A stretch of DNA of 64,000 nucleotides from Rhina ancylostomus. Taxonomy: Eukaryota. Positions 50,897 to 64,000 of this stretch are shown one piece after another. The DNA lies in the NCBI GenBank assembly GCA_030265395.1, contig JARFYF010000064.1, positions 11,316,722 through 11,380,721 on the forward strand, in the 5' to 3' direction. Every line of letters begins with the position of its first letter. Position 1 is the stretch's first letter. Position numbers and translations under genes: made by a program. The notes beneath the pieces were generated by a model. It did no database searches and had not been told where the DNA came from. It was given only the letters and a program-made list of their open reading frames with translations.

Positions 50897-51190
50897 TAAA
50901 AAACAAACTGCTGGGGGAATTTAGTGGGTTGAACAGCATTTGTGGAGGCAAAAGGACAGTTGGCATTTTGGGTCCCTGCATCAGGCCTGAATGAGAACAG
51001 AAGGTAGACTGTACAAAGAGGAGAGAGAGAAGTGTGAAACAGGGGCTGGTACACTACAGGTGGACAGGGGGGTGATGGGCAGATGAGGGACGAGGTANNN
51101 NNNGAAGGGTAGGCCAGGGGAAAAGAAACCCAGGTGTGTGGATGATGGGCAGATGGAAATGGGAGTGGTGAACAAAGGGAGAGAGACCAT
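50897..51190 (-). mobile_element. Penelope-like terminal/3' UTR fragment
   Basis: ctgctgggggaatttagtgggttgaacagcatttgtggagg...ccctgcatcagg followed by purine-rich UTR-like sequence. Confidence 0.6.
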
Positions 51191-52690
51191 TGTGCAACTT
51201 GTTTGATTTCCAGTTTTGATCCCCACATCCTTCTTGGTAGCAATGGCCGTGGGTTTAAATGAGGCAATTTGTAAATGAACTTTCCGCAACATATGGACAG
51301 GGACTAGAAGAATTGCTCTTACGTAGAGCTAGATGTAGCAAGATGGACCAAAGGGCCTTCTTCACGATAACATTTCACAATTTTATCAGCATCATCAACA
51401 GTTAACCAACAAGACCTCTTTAATGAAAATCTTGGCTTTTTGACCCCAAAAGGGGCAGCTTAGTGGCACAACTGGTAGAGCTGCTCAATCTCTTGTGCTG
51501 TCTACGTGGTGTTTGCACATTATCCCTATGGCTGCATGGAATAAAAAGGGATTAGTGTAGGATAGTGTGCAGTATTTGTTTGCGAATTCAAGTGTTTCCA
51601 TGTTGTATCACTTCATGACTTGTTCTAACCTCCAATGAGCCACAGAAGTACTGGAAATGTATTTTTAAATTCAATGACACAAATTTTGATTCAAATACTC
51701 TGTAACATTTCCAATAACACTGTGAAATTGCGCGTGAAGTTTACTTTGAAACAAATTTAACTTCTGAACAGTAAAGTTACCTGGATTTTACTAATTTGAA
51801 ACAAGCCAAATCCAAGATACCTACAAGAATCAACTACAGAGAAGCATATTCAAAAGTTCCAAAACAAAATTCGATAAACTAAAGTAAAAGTGAAATTTGA
51901 TACTGGCACAAAGGAAAAGGGAGAATTTGCCAGGAGGCACATAGTTAGCTGATATTCTTTTGCATTCCTACTTGAAATTCCATGTATAATAAGTTAAGAT
52001 AACTAAATCAAAATCCATTTTTCTTTAATTAACATAAACCAGAAATGAACAACTAGCACCTACAATTCACTGTAAATCAACAGAAAGTCTGCGCAAAGGG
52101 GAATATTTCCAGCAGTAAAAGTTGATTTGATCACAGAGGAGGTCTGTAAAGATCAGGACCACCGTGATCCCCAAACCCCAGAGAGTAACGTACAATGGAG
52201 GTTTCTGTGAGGTCATAAAAAGATCTCCTGTAATAAGGGAGCCCAACAGGATGTCAGAAAATGGTTCAGCGACATCAAAAAGACCAAAGGAAAACACTGC
52301 ACTGAGATGCTTGGCTTGTGCAGTACCAGAGGGGGAGAACACCCACCTCGAGAACACCGGTACCTGCTGAGGTTTAGAGTGGCAAAACTGTTTTTAATGG
52401 AGCGTTTGTAAGAATCTGAAGCTTAGGACATTGGTAAACCCACCAGGGATCCGAGTGAGTGATTCCACATTAATTCAAGTGCAACAATCCGTTGAAGCAT
52501 GCTGCTTAGAGAATTATAATGTTCACTATCAAGTGGCTTTCACCCTTATTTTTGACCTTAAGAACTGCTTGGATGATGTTAATGTCTATTGGCTCCTGAC
52601 CGTGAAGATATCTTGGAACGACAGCATCAACAACATCAAACATATCAGTGTTCAAGGTTCACTCCTGACCAAGTTCCATACACTTGTCAT

Positions 52691-52987
52691 TAAGATATTA
52701 AGATATTTATTTATTAGTCACATGTATATCAAAACACACAGTGAAGTGCGTCCTTTTGTGTTACTAAGAATGTACTGGGGGGTAGTCCGCAAGTGTCGCC
52801 ACTCTTCTGGTGTCACTATAGAATCCCACAGCTCCTAACCTGTATATCTTTGGAATGTGGGAGGAAACCAGAGTACCAGGAAGCAACCCAAGCAGATATG
52901 AGAAGAACATACAAACTTCTTACAGACAGTGGCGAAATTGAACCCGGGTCGCTGGCGCTGTAATATGCTAACCGCTACACTACCGTG
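52691..52987 (-). mobile_element. tRNA-derived V-SINE variant, full length
   Basis: Paralogous to 17383-17680; B-box-like attgaacccgggtcgctggcgctgtaa. Confidence 0.85.
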
Positions 52988-54670
52988 ACAACTGCTTTAT
53001 GTTGATATTTTAGGGGAATTAATACAATGCTGGACTGTTTTAGTGCCACACTGTATCTGACATTGTCTGATTCACAGCTTAAGGAAAGTACCTCCAAAAG
53101 TCAAAATGACTTTGGATACTTACCAAATTAAGTAACACAATGATCCTTAAGGGGACAATATATTTTGCAAGTTGGAACATGAAGATCTATTTAAAAACAT
53201 ATTAAATTATGAAGAGCTGACACCACTCAATATGAAGCATATGAAATACCTCAAAACCCCAACGCTAAACCCAAAAGCCTTGTCAGGTGCCAGCGGATTA
53301 TAATTTGAAAAACTGGGTGGATCAAGTTTGAAGACACTTCTAATATTCATAAAGAATCAGTTCATTTTATTTTCCATATAAATGAAATATTGTATTTATA
53401 TTAACCAGTTGCATACAAAATGGTAGAGAAAGAAGTGGCAAATTTCACTACATTCAAAATGAAATTCATATTTACGACCAAAACAAACCAAGTCCAACTT
53501 GGGCAATGAGCAAAGCATAAGGGACATTGGTACAAAATATAGGTCGCCCCCAGATCACAGCAGAGTCCATTCCTGTGAACTGTTCACAACCCAAAGAGTT
53601 GGCAAGTCATAAATGCGGCCACGAACCAAGTTCCCTGGTGGCAGAAGATCCCTGCAGCCCTTGGCAAATCCACACCACTGCTCTCCCAAATGTCCATTTA
53701 TATGTATGGTCTAGACATAAGTTGGGTGTTCATAAGCTGGGGAAGACCTGTACTCTGGTCACAATTCAAGATTTCCCCACAGCTTAAGATAACATATGGA
53801 ATAGACTGACAGAGAATGTAATTGATTTGAGGCCAAATGACACCTCTAAAAGGCTCTGGTGTGGAGAAGGACTGAGGATTACAGAGGTATTAATAGCAAT
53901 GTTTGACTTTTCACAGGGAACAGAAGGAACTTAGTATTCTTAAAAGTAGGATCAACAGTTTGTGACAGTGAGAGGCAGTAATCGATGAAGTAATGTCCAT
54001 GACTAAAGAGTCACATATGACCTCTGGGGAATGGGTTTAATGAGGCGAATAACATTTTCAAATGTTCTTAATTCCTTGCACATTCTGCTTCAGCAAGTAA
54101 ATTGTTCTCCAATGCCAAATGTCCAAACTGCCGCACTCTATTATTGTAAAAGAATCTGCAAAGTGCCTTCAGTGCAGTGGTGCAGGGTTCTGGGAGCTGA
54201 AGCTAAGAAACAAATCCATTTCTTAACTTTAATTTTGGAACTGCTTTGAAGGTTGTTTTGTTTGGAAAACATGATGCTTAACCAGGACTAACACTGAAAT
54301 TGGGTACATGGGTTTTGAAGAATTAATTGTTTTTCCTGAAAATACCTAGTTAATGGCAAATGCACAGCACTGTCCTGTAATAATCCTAATAATATCTCAT
54401 TTTTATCATTGTATTCAAAATGTCCCAAACAGTGAGATTCCTCTTAAAATTAATAAGCTGTGCATGTATTATCTGTAATAAAATGAATATTCAATGTTGA
54501 AGCTTTTATAACGCATTTCAATTACTAATTTCAATTTAGTAAAAGCATATATAGTGGAGAAAAAAAGATCAAGGACACAAGAAGGAACCCATTCAGTGTG
54601 GCAATTCTGTTTCAGCCAATCAATGGACGCTCTTTAACTCTGGACATCTGTATTGGCTTCATATTCTTAG

Positions 54671-57600
54671 CATAGGACATGGAACAATACAGCACAAAAA
54701 TAGGCCCTATGGCCCATCATATCTGTGCTGATCATGATGCCAACCTAAATTAATCCCATCGGCCTGCACGTGGTCCATACTCCTCTATTTTCTGCCTGGT
54801 TATCTGTCTGTCTAAACATTGCCATCATATCTACTTCTACCACTTCCCCTGACAGAGCGCTTCAGGCATCTACCACCTAATGTGAAAAAAATTTGCCTCA
54901 TAACTCTCCTTTAAACAATCCCCCTCTCACCGTAAACCAAGGCCCTGTAGTATTTGACATTTCCATCATTTGACTATCTACTCTATCGATGCATCTCATA
55001 TTTTATATACTTCTCTGATGCTCCAGCAAAAACAATTCTGGTTTGTTCAACCTCTCCTTATAGCTAATGCTCTCCAATCCAGGTGACATCCTGGTAAACT
55101 GCTTCTGCACCCTCTCCAGAGCCTCCTCATCCTTCCTGTAATGGGGTGACCTGAACTGCACACAATACTCCAAATGTGGCTGAACCAAAGTTTTATACAG
55201 TTGCAACATGACTTGTCAAGTTTTAAGCTCAATGCCCCAACCAAGGAAGGCAAGCATGCCGTATGCCTTCATTACCACCCTATCCACTTGTATTCCATTT
55301 TTGGGAAGGTGTAGACTCACACCCCAAGATCCTTCAATGCTCCTCAGGGTCCTGCCATATTCGGTATACTTTACTCTTGCGTTTGACTTCCCAAAATGCA
55401 CTGCCTCACACTTGTCCGGATTATACTCTGTCTGCCATTTCTCCACCCAAATTTCCAACTGATCTTTTTGCTGCTGTATCCTTTGACAATCTTCCTCACC
55501 ATCTGCAATTCTACCAATTTTTATGTCATCAACAAACTTGCTACAGACTACCTACAAATCATTTATATATTACAAACAACTGAGGTCCCAGCACTGATCC
55601 TTGTGGAACACCAGTGGTCACAGACCTCCAGACAGAATAACGCCCCCCAACCACTACCATCTATCATCTATGACCAAGCCAATTTTGAATCCAACCTACC
55701 AACTCACTGTGGATCCCATGTGACATAATGCTCTGAAGCAGTCTACCATGATGGACCTTGTCAAATGCTTTACCAAAGACCATGTAGACAACATCAACTG
55801 CCCTGCTCTCATCAATCATCTTCATTACCTCCTCAAAAATCTCAATCAAGTTTGTGAGAAAAGACCTCCCCTGCATAAAGCCATGCCAACTATCCCTAAC
55901 AAGTCCATGCCTTCCAAAGTGCAAGTAAATCCTGTCCCAAGAAATCTTCTCCAATAATTTTCTTACCACTGACGTAAAACTCACTGGATTATAATTTCCT
56001 GGATTATCCCAATTGTCCTTCTTAAACAAAGGAATGACATTGGCTCTCCTCCCTTCCTTTGGGATCTTGTTTGTGGCTAAAGAGGATACAAAGATCTCTG
56101 TCAAGGCCCCAGCAATCACCTCCCTCAGTATCCTGGCATAAATCCCATCAGGACTTATTCACCTTACTGTTCTTCAAGAGACTGAACACCTCCTGCTTCT
56201 CAATATCAACATGACCTAGAATATCAACATATGCCTCCCTGATCCGATGATCATCCATGTCGTTCACTTTGATGAATACCAACATGAAGTACTCATTTAG
56301 TACCTCACCCAGTTACTCTGGCTCCGGGCATAAATTCCCTCCTTTATCCTTGAGTGGTCCTACCCTCTCCCAAGTTTATTCTCTTGTTTTCAAGATATGC
56401 ATAAAATGCCTTGGGATTTTCCTTAATCTTACTTTCCAAGGACATTTCATGGCCCCTTTTAGCCCTCCTGATTCCTGGTTTCATTCCTGTTTCCTTTATA
56501 TTCCTCAAGGGCCTTGTCCGATTTCAGCTCCCTAAACCTTACATATGCTTCCTTTTTCTTTTTGACTAACTTACAATATCTCTTGTCATTCAAGGTTCCC
56601 AAACCTTGCTATCCCTATCTTTCATCTTCACAGGAACATACTGGTCCTGAATTCTAACCAGCTGGTCTTTAAAAGACTCCCACATGTCAGATGTGGATTT
56701 ACCCAATAACAGATGTTCCCAATCTACTCTCCTCAGTTCCTGTCTAATACTGTTGTAATTAGCCCTCCTCCAATTTAGCACTTTCCCCTGAGGTCCTGTC
56801 TTATCCTTATCCATAATGCTCTCCCACTGAAACTCTGATCACCTGGCCAGGCTCATTTCCCAATATAAGAATGGCCCCTTCCCTGGTTGGACTATCTATA
56901 GACTGTTTCAAGAAGCCCTCCTGGATGCACCTAACAAATTCTGCCCCATCAAAGCCACCGTCAATATTTGGGAAATTAAAATCTCCCACTATAACAACTC
57001 TGTTTTTACATCTTTCCATGAGCTGCCTGCATATCTCTTCCCCTAACTCCCACTGGCTATTGGGAGGCCTATAATTTAACCCCATCACAGTGACTACACC
57101 TTTCTTATTCCTGAACTTGACCCATATGGCCTTACTGGATGAGACCTCCAGGATGTCCCCTCTAAGTGCAGCTGTGTTATTCTCCCTGAGCAGTGGTACA
57201 ACTCCCCCAGCTCTTTTACATCTCTCTCTGTAGTTTCTGAAAGATCTAAACTTGGTTACTACCCTTCTCTCAACCAAGTTTCTGTGATGGCCACAACATC
57301 ATAGCTCCATGTACTAATTCAGACCCTAAGTTCATCTGCCTAACCCATAATACTCCTTGCATTAATATAAATACACTTCAGACCATCAGTTCCACCATGG
57401 TCATTAACCTAGCCCTCACCAATCCTCCTATTAAACTTACTTGACCTAACCTCAACCTTACTCTCCATCCGTCGATTTGACAACCTACAGCTCTATTCCC
57501 ACCCCCTGCCACAGCAGCTTAAACGCTCCTGAGTTGCACCAAAGGATCTGCCTGCAAGGATATTGCTGCCCCCAGCTCAGGTGTAACCCGTCCTTCTTGT

Positions 57601-57755
57601 GCAGATCCCACCTGCCTGGAAGAGAGGCCACAATAATCCATGTATCTGAAGCCTTCCTGTCTGCAGCAGCTCTTTAGCCACACATTCACCTACACCACCT
57701 TCCTGTTTCTTGCCTTACTAGCTCATGGCACAGGGAGTAATCCCGAGATGCCCTG
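54671..57755 (-). mobile_element. About 3.1-kb CR1 LINE: ORF1 C-terminus (SGNH esterase) plus disrupted ORF2 (APE endonuclease and RT)
   Basis: ORF1 WDLHKKDGLHL. EN: CIYINARS..DVVAITETWL, VVIVGDFNFPNID. RT: ANVIPLFKK..PGNYNPVSFTSVVRKLLE, FGKAFDKVHH, SKFVDD, LVQPHLEYCVQF. Multiple stops and frameshifts. Confidence 0.93.
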
Positions 57756-57789
57756 TCAGACCTGGCTTAAGATCAGAATACCATTTATT

Positions 57790-58700
57790 TGAGTCACAGA
57801 GTCTTACAGCATGGAAACAGGCATTCGACCCACCATGTCCATGCCAACTGTTGGGCAGCCATCTTCCAGCACATGGCCTGTAGCCTTCTATGTCTAGGTG
57901 ATTTAAGTGTTCGTCTAGACACCTCCTAAATGTTGTCAGTGAATCTGCTTCCACCATGCATGGGCAGTGTACTCCAGGTACTCACCACTCTCAGGGTGTA
58001 AAAGGTCCTCCTCAGATCCCCTGTAAACCTCTTACCCCTTACCCTAAATCTATGTCCTGTAGTCTTATCTACCTCTGATATGGGGAGAAGTTGCCTGTAG
58101 TTTCCCCTTTCTATTCCCCTCATAATTTTATACACCTTGATCATATTCTCTCTCAACCTCCTCCCCTCCAGGGAAAACAGACCTAGCCTCTCCAGTCTCT
58201 CCTCATAATTAAAATGCCCCATCCCATACAACAAGCTAGTGAATCTCCTCTGTACCCTCTCCAGCACTCTAACATCTTTCCTATAGTGTAGTGACCAGGA
58301 CACAGTATCCCAGCTGAGGTCTGACCAATCTTTTACAAAGTTAGGTGATAAACTCCTTGCTCTTGTACTCAATGCCCCAACTAATGAAGGCCAGTATCTA
58401 TATGTATTCTTAACCATATTATCTACCTGTGCTGCCATCTATATCTATATATATTAGATCTATATATCTATATTTCTAATATCTTCAAGGATCTTTGGAC
58501 TTGTACACTAAGATCACTCAATACTCCCTAGAACCCTACTGTTCATGGTGTATGCCCTAGCCTCATTAGCTTCCCAAAATGCATCACCTACTAAATTCCA
58601 TTTCTCAGCCCTTTTTACCAACAACTTTGATTTCACCCTGTAAACCAAGACTACTCTGCACACTATCAATAAATCCAACAATCTTGACATCACCTGTGAA
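57790..58700 (-). mobile_element. Second CR1 LINE, 3' ~0.9 kb
   Basis: LERVQRRFT..YEERLERLGLFSLEGRRLRENMIKVYKIMRG and its own CR1 tail at about 57790. Confidence 0.88.
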
Positions 58701-60544
58701 TGATGATTCTTGGCCTGAAGATGAGAACGAAAAATCAAAGTCATCTATAACTTAGGTTATTCTATAAAATTCTCATGTTAAACATTTAAAGCAAATGAAG
58801 ATCTCCAACTTTGACAAGAACCTAAACCACACTCAGCTTCACTTCCTGTCAAAGCCACATCATGGTGTTTCAGTGATGCAAGGCCTGGGCAGAAGGCTGC
58901 TGGTGGCCCACTTACTGCTGAGTCCTGAGGGTGTGCCATGCTGCACCAGACGCCTCCAGCGTGAGGAGAATCAGTTTGATCAGCTCTCTGCATCCGGCCT
59001 AGATAAGTGCAGGCAGGCGGGGACCAAGGCGACAAGTCTAGGCAGCAGACCGCATCCTGCTCAATTATTCCCATTATGATTAACTTTATATTCCACATAT
59101 CATTCCATATTCCAGGGAGCACAAGCCAATGGGGAAACTGTATTAACTCTTTAAATGCATTTTTAGAAAGCAAATTTTAAACCCTGCAAATTAAAATACA
59201 TTGAAACCAAGCACGGTAATTCAACAGATTATTTCTGTTTAAGAATAGGACATTAGTATTTAGCCAAGCTGAATTAAACTAAATGATAGCTTAATGTTGA
59301 ATTACATATCAACTTTCTTAAGTACCCTCCTTTTTCTGAAAATTACTGCTTCTTCTGATCTTTGCAACGACTCAGATATTTCATCGCATGCTGTTCATTA
59401 GCGATTGCCTGCTCGTTTATTTAGAAAACATATCTGCGTGCAAAGGCAAATATACTTTGAAGAAGCATGGAGAGTGAAATTTGTTTAATGATGGTCATTA
59501 GCAAAATTACAAGTGTTCATGTGCAGTTCACTAACTCTGCTCTCACTGGGAAATGTCGCAATGATCTTTCATCAAAAGTAGTACAGAAATGATCCATTAT
59601 TTTGTAGTATGTCCCACTAGAAAGACGCCCAAACATGGACTGCTAGTTTAGCATCTCGGCCTTCGCAGGAACACATAAGTAAGCCTAGTTACCTTGAAGC
59701 AGACATTTTAAATTTAGAACAAGGTCATGAACCATACTAGATAGGGCAGACAAGAGGCGTGTGAGACTACGTGGTATGTGGAGCATGCACTGTTAGCACC
59801 CAACAAACTGGGAATGACTTGCTGCTCCAATAAAAAGTATACAAGACAGAATGGTGCCGTAGGGGACTATTATAAACAGATCATTGAAGCAATAGTTACA
59901 GCGCAATATCACTTCAGATTTATTACCTTGCTTTGAACTTTTAATGAGTCAATTGGGATCACCTTTTTCTCTACATTATTCGACACATCAAACCTGCAGT
60001 GTTAGGAAATGGAATAGTTTTCTTTGTCACTGAGACATACCTTGTAAATCTAGTTATGGCACAACTTGGGTGTAATGTAATTTTTTGCAGTGCTGAAACA
60101 TGTGCCTTATTGCATTGGTTCTCACACACACCTAATGGGAAGCCCATGGTCATACACATTCTCTTATTCCTGGACAATAATGTGGAGTTAAATGGGACTT
60201 TAGGTGCAATGGAAGAATGGGAAATATAACCCAGCTGCATAATCATCTCTAAAATCAATGTGAATATTATTGGTTAACACCTTGCTGAATCAAATTGCAG
60301 GTTCAATTTCACTGGCAGAGATTTAAGGATGAAAATCCAAGCATCTAAAAATTCTAACATCTGAAAGGCAGCATCCTCCACAGAGCAGCACCCCAAGTGC
60401 TCCATGGATGTGTTATTTTTGTTTCGATTTGAGAGAACCATTCTGGTTCCTCATGGCACTATTTTGAAGTAGACTAGAACTTTTGTCCTGTGTTCTGGCC
60501 GATAATGCTCACTTGATTAGCCACAAACCCAGATTATTTGGTAT

Positions 60545-61657
60545 TACCTCCCAGAGATCGGTGCTGGGGCCGCAACTTTTACAATTTACATTGGTGACTT
60601 GGATGAGATATTGTTGCTAAATTTGCTGATGACACAGTATCAGCTAAGACATGAAGAGGGCATAAAGAGACCACAAAGGGATAAGAGATGTTAAGTGAGT
60701 GGGTGCCTATCTGGAGAAGGCAGTGTAATGTTGGAAAATGTAACATTGCCCATTTTGAGATGGGTTTAAGAACCGAAAGCAGTTATGTTTTTTCACACTA
60801 GGGGATGTTCGATTCTGGATCAGAGTTCAAATCACATTTTTTAAAGAAAAAAAACATATTAATGAAAGCTATGGGTATGCAAAATTAAATTGCAAAATCT
60901 GAAGATGACACAAAACTTAACGAAGTGGCTAACAGTGACATGGATAGCATAAGATTATTGATAGGTGAAATGGGCAGACAAGTAAGAAAGTATAAAATGC
61001 AACATTTTGGCAAAAATGGAAAGACAATATAGACTTAATGGCACAGCTTGAAAGAATGTGAGGAAACAAAAGGATCTGGATACACTGGTGCCCAAATCTG
61101 AAACCGAGAGATTAGTCAGTAAAGTAAGTGGGATCCTGGATTTCATAAATAACGTACAAAAGCAGGAAGGTTATTTTGAACAGGAGCAATGTGTTCGGTT
61201 CTAGTCACCTCACTTTGGAAAGTTGCGGGAATGATTTACTAGAATACTTCCTGGGTTTTCAGCTACAAGGTTGAACTGAAGAAGCTGACATTGTTCTCCT
61301 TGGAACGAAGAAGAAGGAGAGGAGATGTATAAGTTAATAATGCATTCAGTTAGGATAAACTGAGAGAAGTTGTTCCAATAGCACATTGCATGAGAACCAG
61401 GAAAACTGACTCAAAGCGATGGACACAGGGGATCTCAGGAAACTGTCTCTTACGATAAAGTGGTTATGGTCTGTTTGTGAGGATGTTGGAAATGGAGATG
61501 TTCACAGCTTTCAAAGGGGAATTGGATAGATAGGTGAGGAAAAATAATTTGCAGGGCTATGTATAAGAGGTGGGGAATGGCACAGCTGGGATTCTTCCAC
61601 AGAGATAGAAAGCCAAATGGCCTCTTTCTGAGCAGTAACAGTCCTATGATTCCATGA
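60545..61657 (+). mobile_element. Decayed CR1 LINE fragments
   Basis: cccagagatcggtgctggggccgcaac (PQGSVLGP-like), aaatttgctgatgacac (KFADDT), ttcaaaggggaattggataga and tail. Confidence 0.75.
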
Positions 61658-62984
61658 CTTTGTGCTTGGTGAACACGATTTTGCCCATGTAAGATACATT
61701 TTACAGTTCTATCCCCATCAGGGAACAAAAACCCCAAATGGCATTGTGAGTAGATATGTCATACATGGACTGAGCAGCACTGCAAACAAATAGGATCATA
61801 GGTGTATTCAGGTGCTTAGCAACATTAATGATGCCCATTTGGTATTAACTCTGCACCCACTGGCCTGAGATGTGCACAATCAGAGACTGCATTGTAAACA
61901 TTAACAATGAAAGCTTCACTTCCAGGTTACAGGCAAATGCTGTACAAAATATTTTAACAGTTTCTAAGAACTCACTCTCAGATTACTTCTTAAGCATAAA
62001 AAACAGAATTTTTGATTCCTGCTGTGGAACTATGGTTCTGTATGAGGTATTGTAAAGGAAACTTTGCTGCATATTTGGAATAAAATCACAAGATGCTGTA
62101 ACTACACTGTAGCTTTCTCGGCATCTGAAGGGAGAAAGGATAGGTTCTACCCACAGCTGCCAAGTTACGGAAACTTTGCTCCATTCAACAAACATCTGTG
62201 TAATTTTGTTAAAACAAGATGTAAATGTTTACGTCAATGCAAACTTTTAAAAGTAAAACTTAATTGACATGGGATTCATCTCTGAATGCAACTCAGTCCC
62301 ACAACGACCCTTAGGGCTTCACTTCTTGACCAAGTGTAAATTAAAAGGAATTGAGTATTTGCTTTGCAAGTAGCGGACAGTAACAATGATTAGATGATTG
62401 TACTAACAGTTCAAAGGACAAGAGTAAAAATGTTACTAAGGTAAATTGTGAAACTGAATTTAACAAATCTGTTAAGTATTAGTCTGAGACTCGGGCAAAA
62501 CAAAATAAAAACTGCTGGATTATTATAAACCAACTGATTAACTGATATCCTGTGGGAAAGAGAACATCAACACTATCTGATCTGTCCTACACATGACTCC
62601 AAGGCTACACTGCTGACTGTTAATGCCTTTTCTGTAGCAACCCTACCACTTATGGATGAAAAATAAATGTGACCTCACTAATGTTTCATGACCAATATTC
62701 TGAGGAACAACTGTGATACATTTGTAATCAGTTACAAGTCTTAGCTGTGACATGAATATTAAGACATTAAAATACATTTAACTTGAACAAATTACTTCTG
62801 ATGCAATCTTTTGTTAAGCCCATGTTCTGTGCAGTTTCTAAAGAAAAATTTGGATAATTTACATTAGCCCTCTGAATGCTGAGTGAGTTTAATCTGTAAA
62901 AAAAAGTGTTCTGTTTCAAACAGTTGTGAAGTGACTTTGTAAATAAAAAATAACCAAAGTGCAAGCTATCTGAAATTCTGGTGG

Positions 62985-63150
62985 AGTCAGAAACAGAGTC
63001 TTGTCAAAGGTACCTGGATGAGCATTTGAAGTGCCATAACTCTAGACCAAAAGCTGGGAAATAGGATTAACCCATAGTCTATTTTAGGATAACATCTATA
63101 TGATGGATCGAATGACCTCCTTCTGTGCTTTAAATTTCTACGATTCCATG
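62985..63150 (+). mobile_element. CR1 3' end
   Basis: aggtacctggatgagcatttgaagtgccataac...gatggatcgaatgacctccttctgtgct. Confidence 0.6.
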
Positions 63151-63861
63151 CATGAATAGCAAATGTAGATGCCAGATAAAATGTTGGTCCTGTACAAAAG
63201 CTTCAGGAGATGAAACCTGTGTAGTCTGCTTCCTGAACTAGACATGGTGGCATTCAAAATTAGATCTGCAAATCTTATAGTATTAGGAGGAAAGTATTTA
63301 GCTCATTTTTTTGAAAACATCAAATGTCAAAAATAATTCTTTAAAAAAATCTATCTTCTTATGTGTTACTTTGGGTTGAAAACATACACCAAGTAAGATG
63401 TTGAAAGTGGATTTTCAATTCATTGGTATCAAAATTCCTTAGTGCAGCAAACTCGGTGTGATACCCAGAGCAGGCAACAGTAACTGCTTTGGGGAGGAGG
63501 GCACTTCAAACCTTGTGCCTCACCAGAATTAATCAGGGGTGGTCCAGATTCCCATCAGAAAGAATGTTGGCTCAGTGGTATCTCGGACAAGGGGTGGGAG
63601 TTTATTGATGGGGAGTGTGAGGGAGAGTGTTGGTAGGGGATCGATGGATAAGGTGGAGTGATAGGCGGGTAGAGGGACTGATGGAGATGGTGGGTGTGGG
63701 AGGGTAGGAAGAAGTGAATGGAGTATTGGTGAGAATTTGGGAGTGGGAGGTGACAAAGTGGTTTGTCACATCCTGAGTCATTTTGAAAAGCTGGGAAAGC
63801 TGTCCTTCTGTCAAGTCCACAGAAGCAAAACTTTGGAGGTTTTATAAACCAGCTCCAACGG

Positions 63862-63965
63862 TGACACAAGTGACTGCAGATACTGGAATCTGGATCAAAA
63901 AACAAAATCCTGGAGGAACTCAGCAGGTCAGGCAGTATCTGTGGAGGCAGAGGGATGGTCAATGC
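63862..63965 (-). mobile_element. Penelope-like terminal sequence
   Basis: gacacaagtgactgcagatactggaatctgga..ctggaggaactcagcaggtcaggcagtatctgtggagg. Confidence 0.7.
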
Positions 63966-64000
63966 NNNNNNNNNNGAAGCTGGGTCTGGACCAAAAATAT

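Larger units (their letters stand above)
1127..63975. other. Eight assembly gaps: 1127-1136, 19153-19252, 30201-30300, 35879-35978, 47699-48013, 49061-49160, 51098-51103, 63966-63975
   Basis: Runs of N; four are exactly 100 N (placeholders of unknown size). Additional microexons could be hidden in them. Confidence 0.99.

Noticed and set aside
1-64000. Prokaryotic-type systems (CRISPR arrays, operons, defence loci) and true tRNA/rRNA genes
   Set aside because: The sequence is vertebrate intronic DNA. No regularly spaced repeats were seen, and the tRNA-like boxes belong to SINE heads.

Overview
Eukaryotic genomic DNA from a draft assembly with 8 N-gaps. The repeat content (CR1, L2 and Rex/Babar LINEs, V-SINE/HE1-like and Deu-type SINEs, Penelope-like remnants) points to a cartilaginous fish, probably a batoid; this is an inference. 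The window lies inside one minus-strand gene that the ORF track almost entirely misses: a membrane-associated collagen with interrupted triple helices (MACIT; COL13A1/COL23A1/COL25A1 family). I found 13 tiny GT-AG exons between 44717 and 2006 (45, 8, 27, 36, 27, 51, 36, 27, 27, 27, 27, 27 and 27 nt; 392 nt in total). They splice in frame to [131 protein letters not shown], essentially the whole COL1 domain (42 Gly-X-Y triplets, one interruption). The rest is intron filled with decayed transposons. The most notable points are: a mosaic COL13-like plus COL23/25-like exon set (ancestral MACIT or an extra paralog), an apparent tandem exon duplication, an 8-nt phase-changing microexon, an RGDS at the end of the helix, a fossil Harbinger transposase with a possible Myb/SANT partner, a pre-miRNA-sized intronic hairpin, and inverted Penelope termini with decayed hammerhead cores. 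Comparisons with human paralogs and repeat consensi are from memory, not from a search. Repeat boundaries are approximate. I see no clearly new biological system beyond these candidates.
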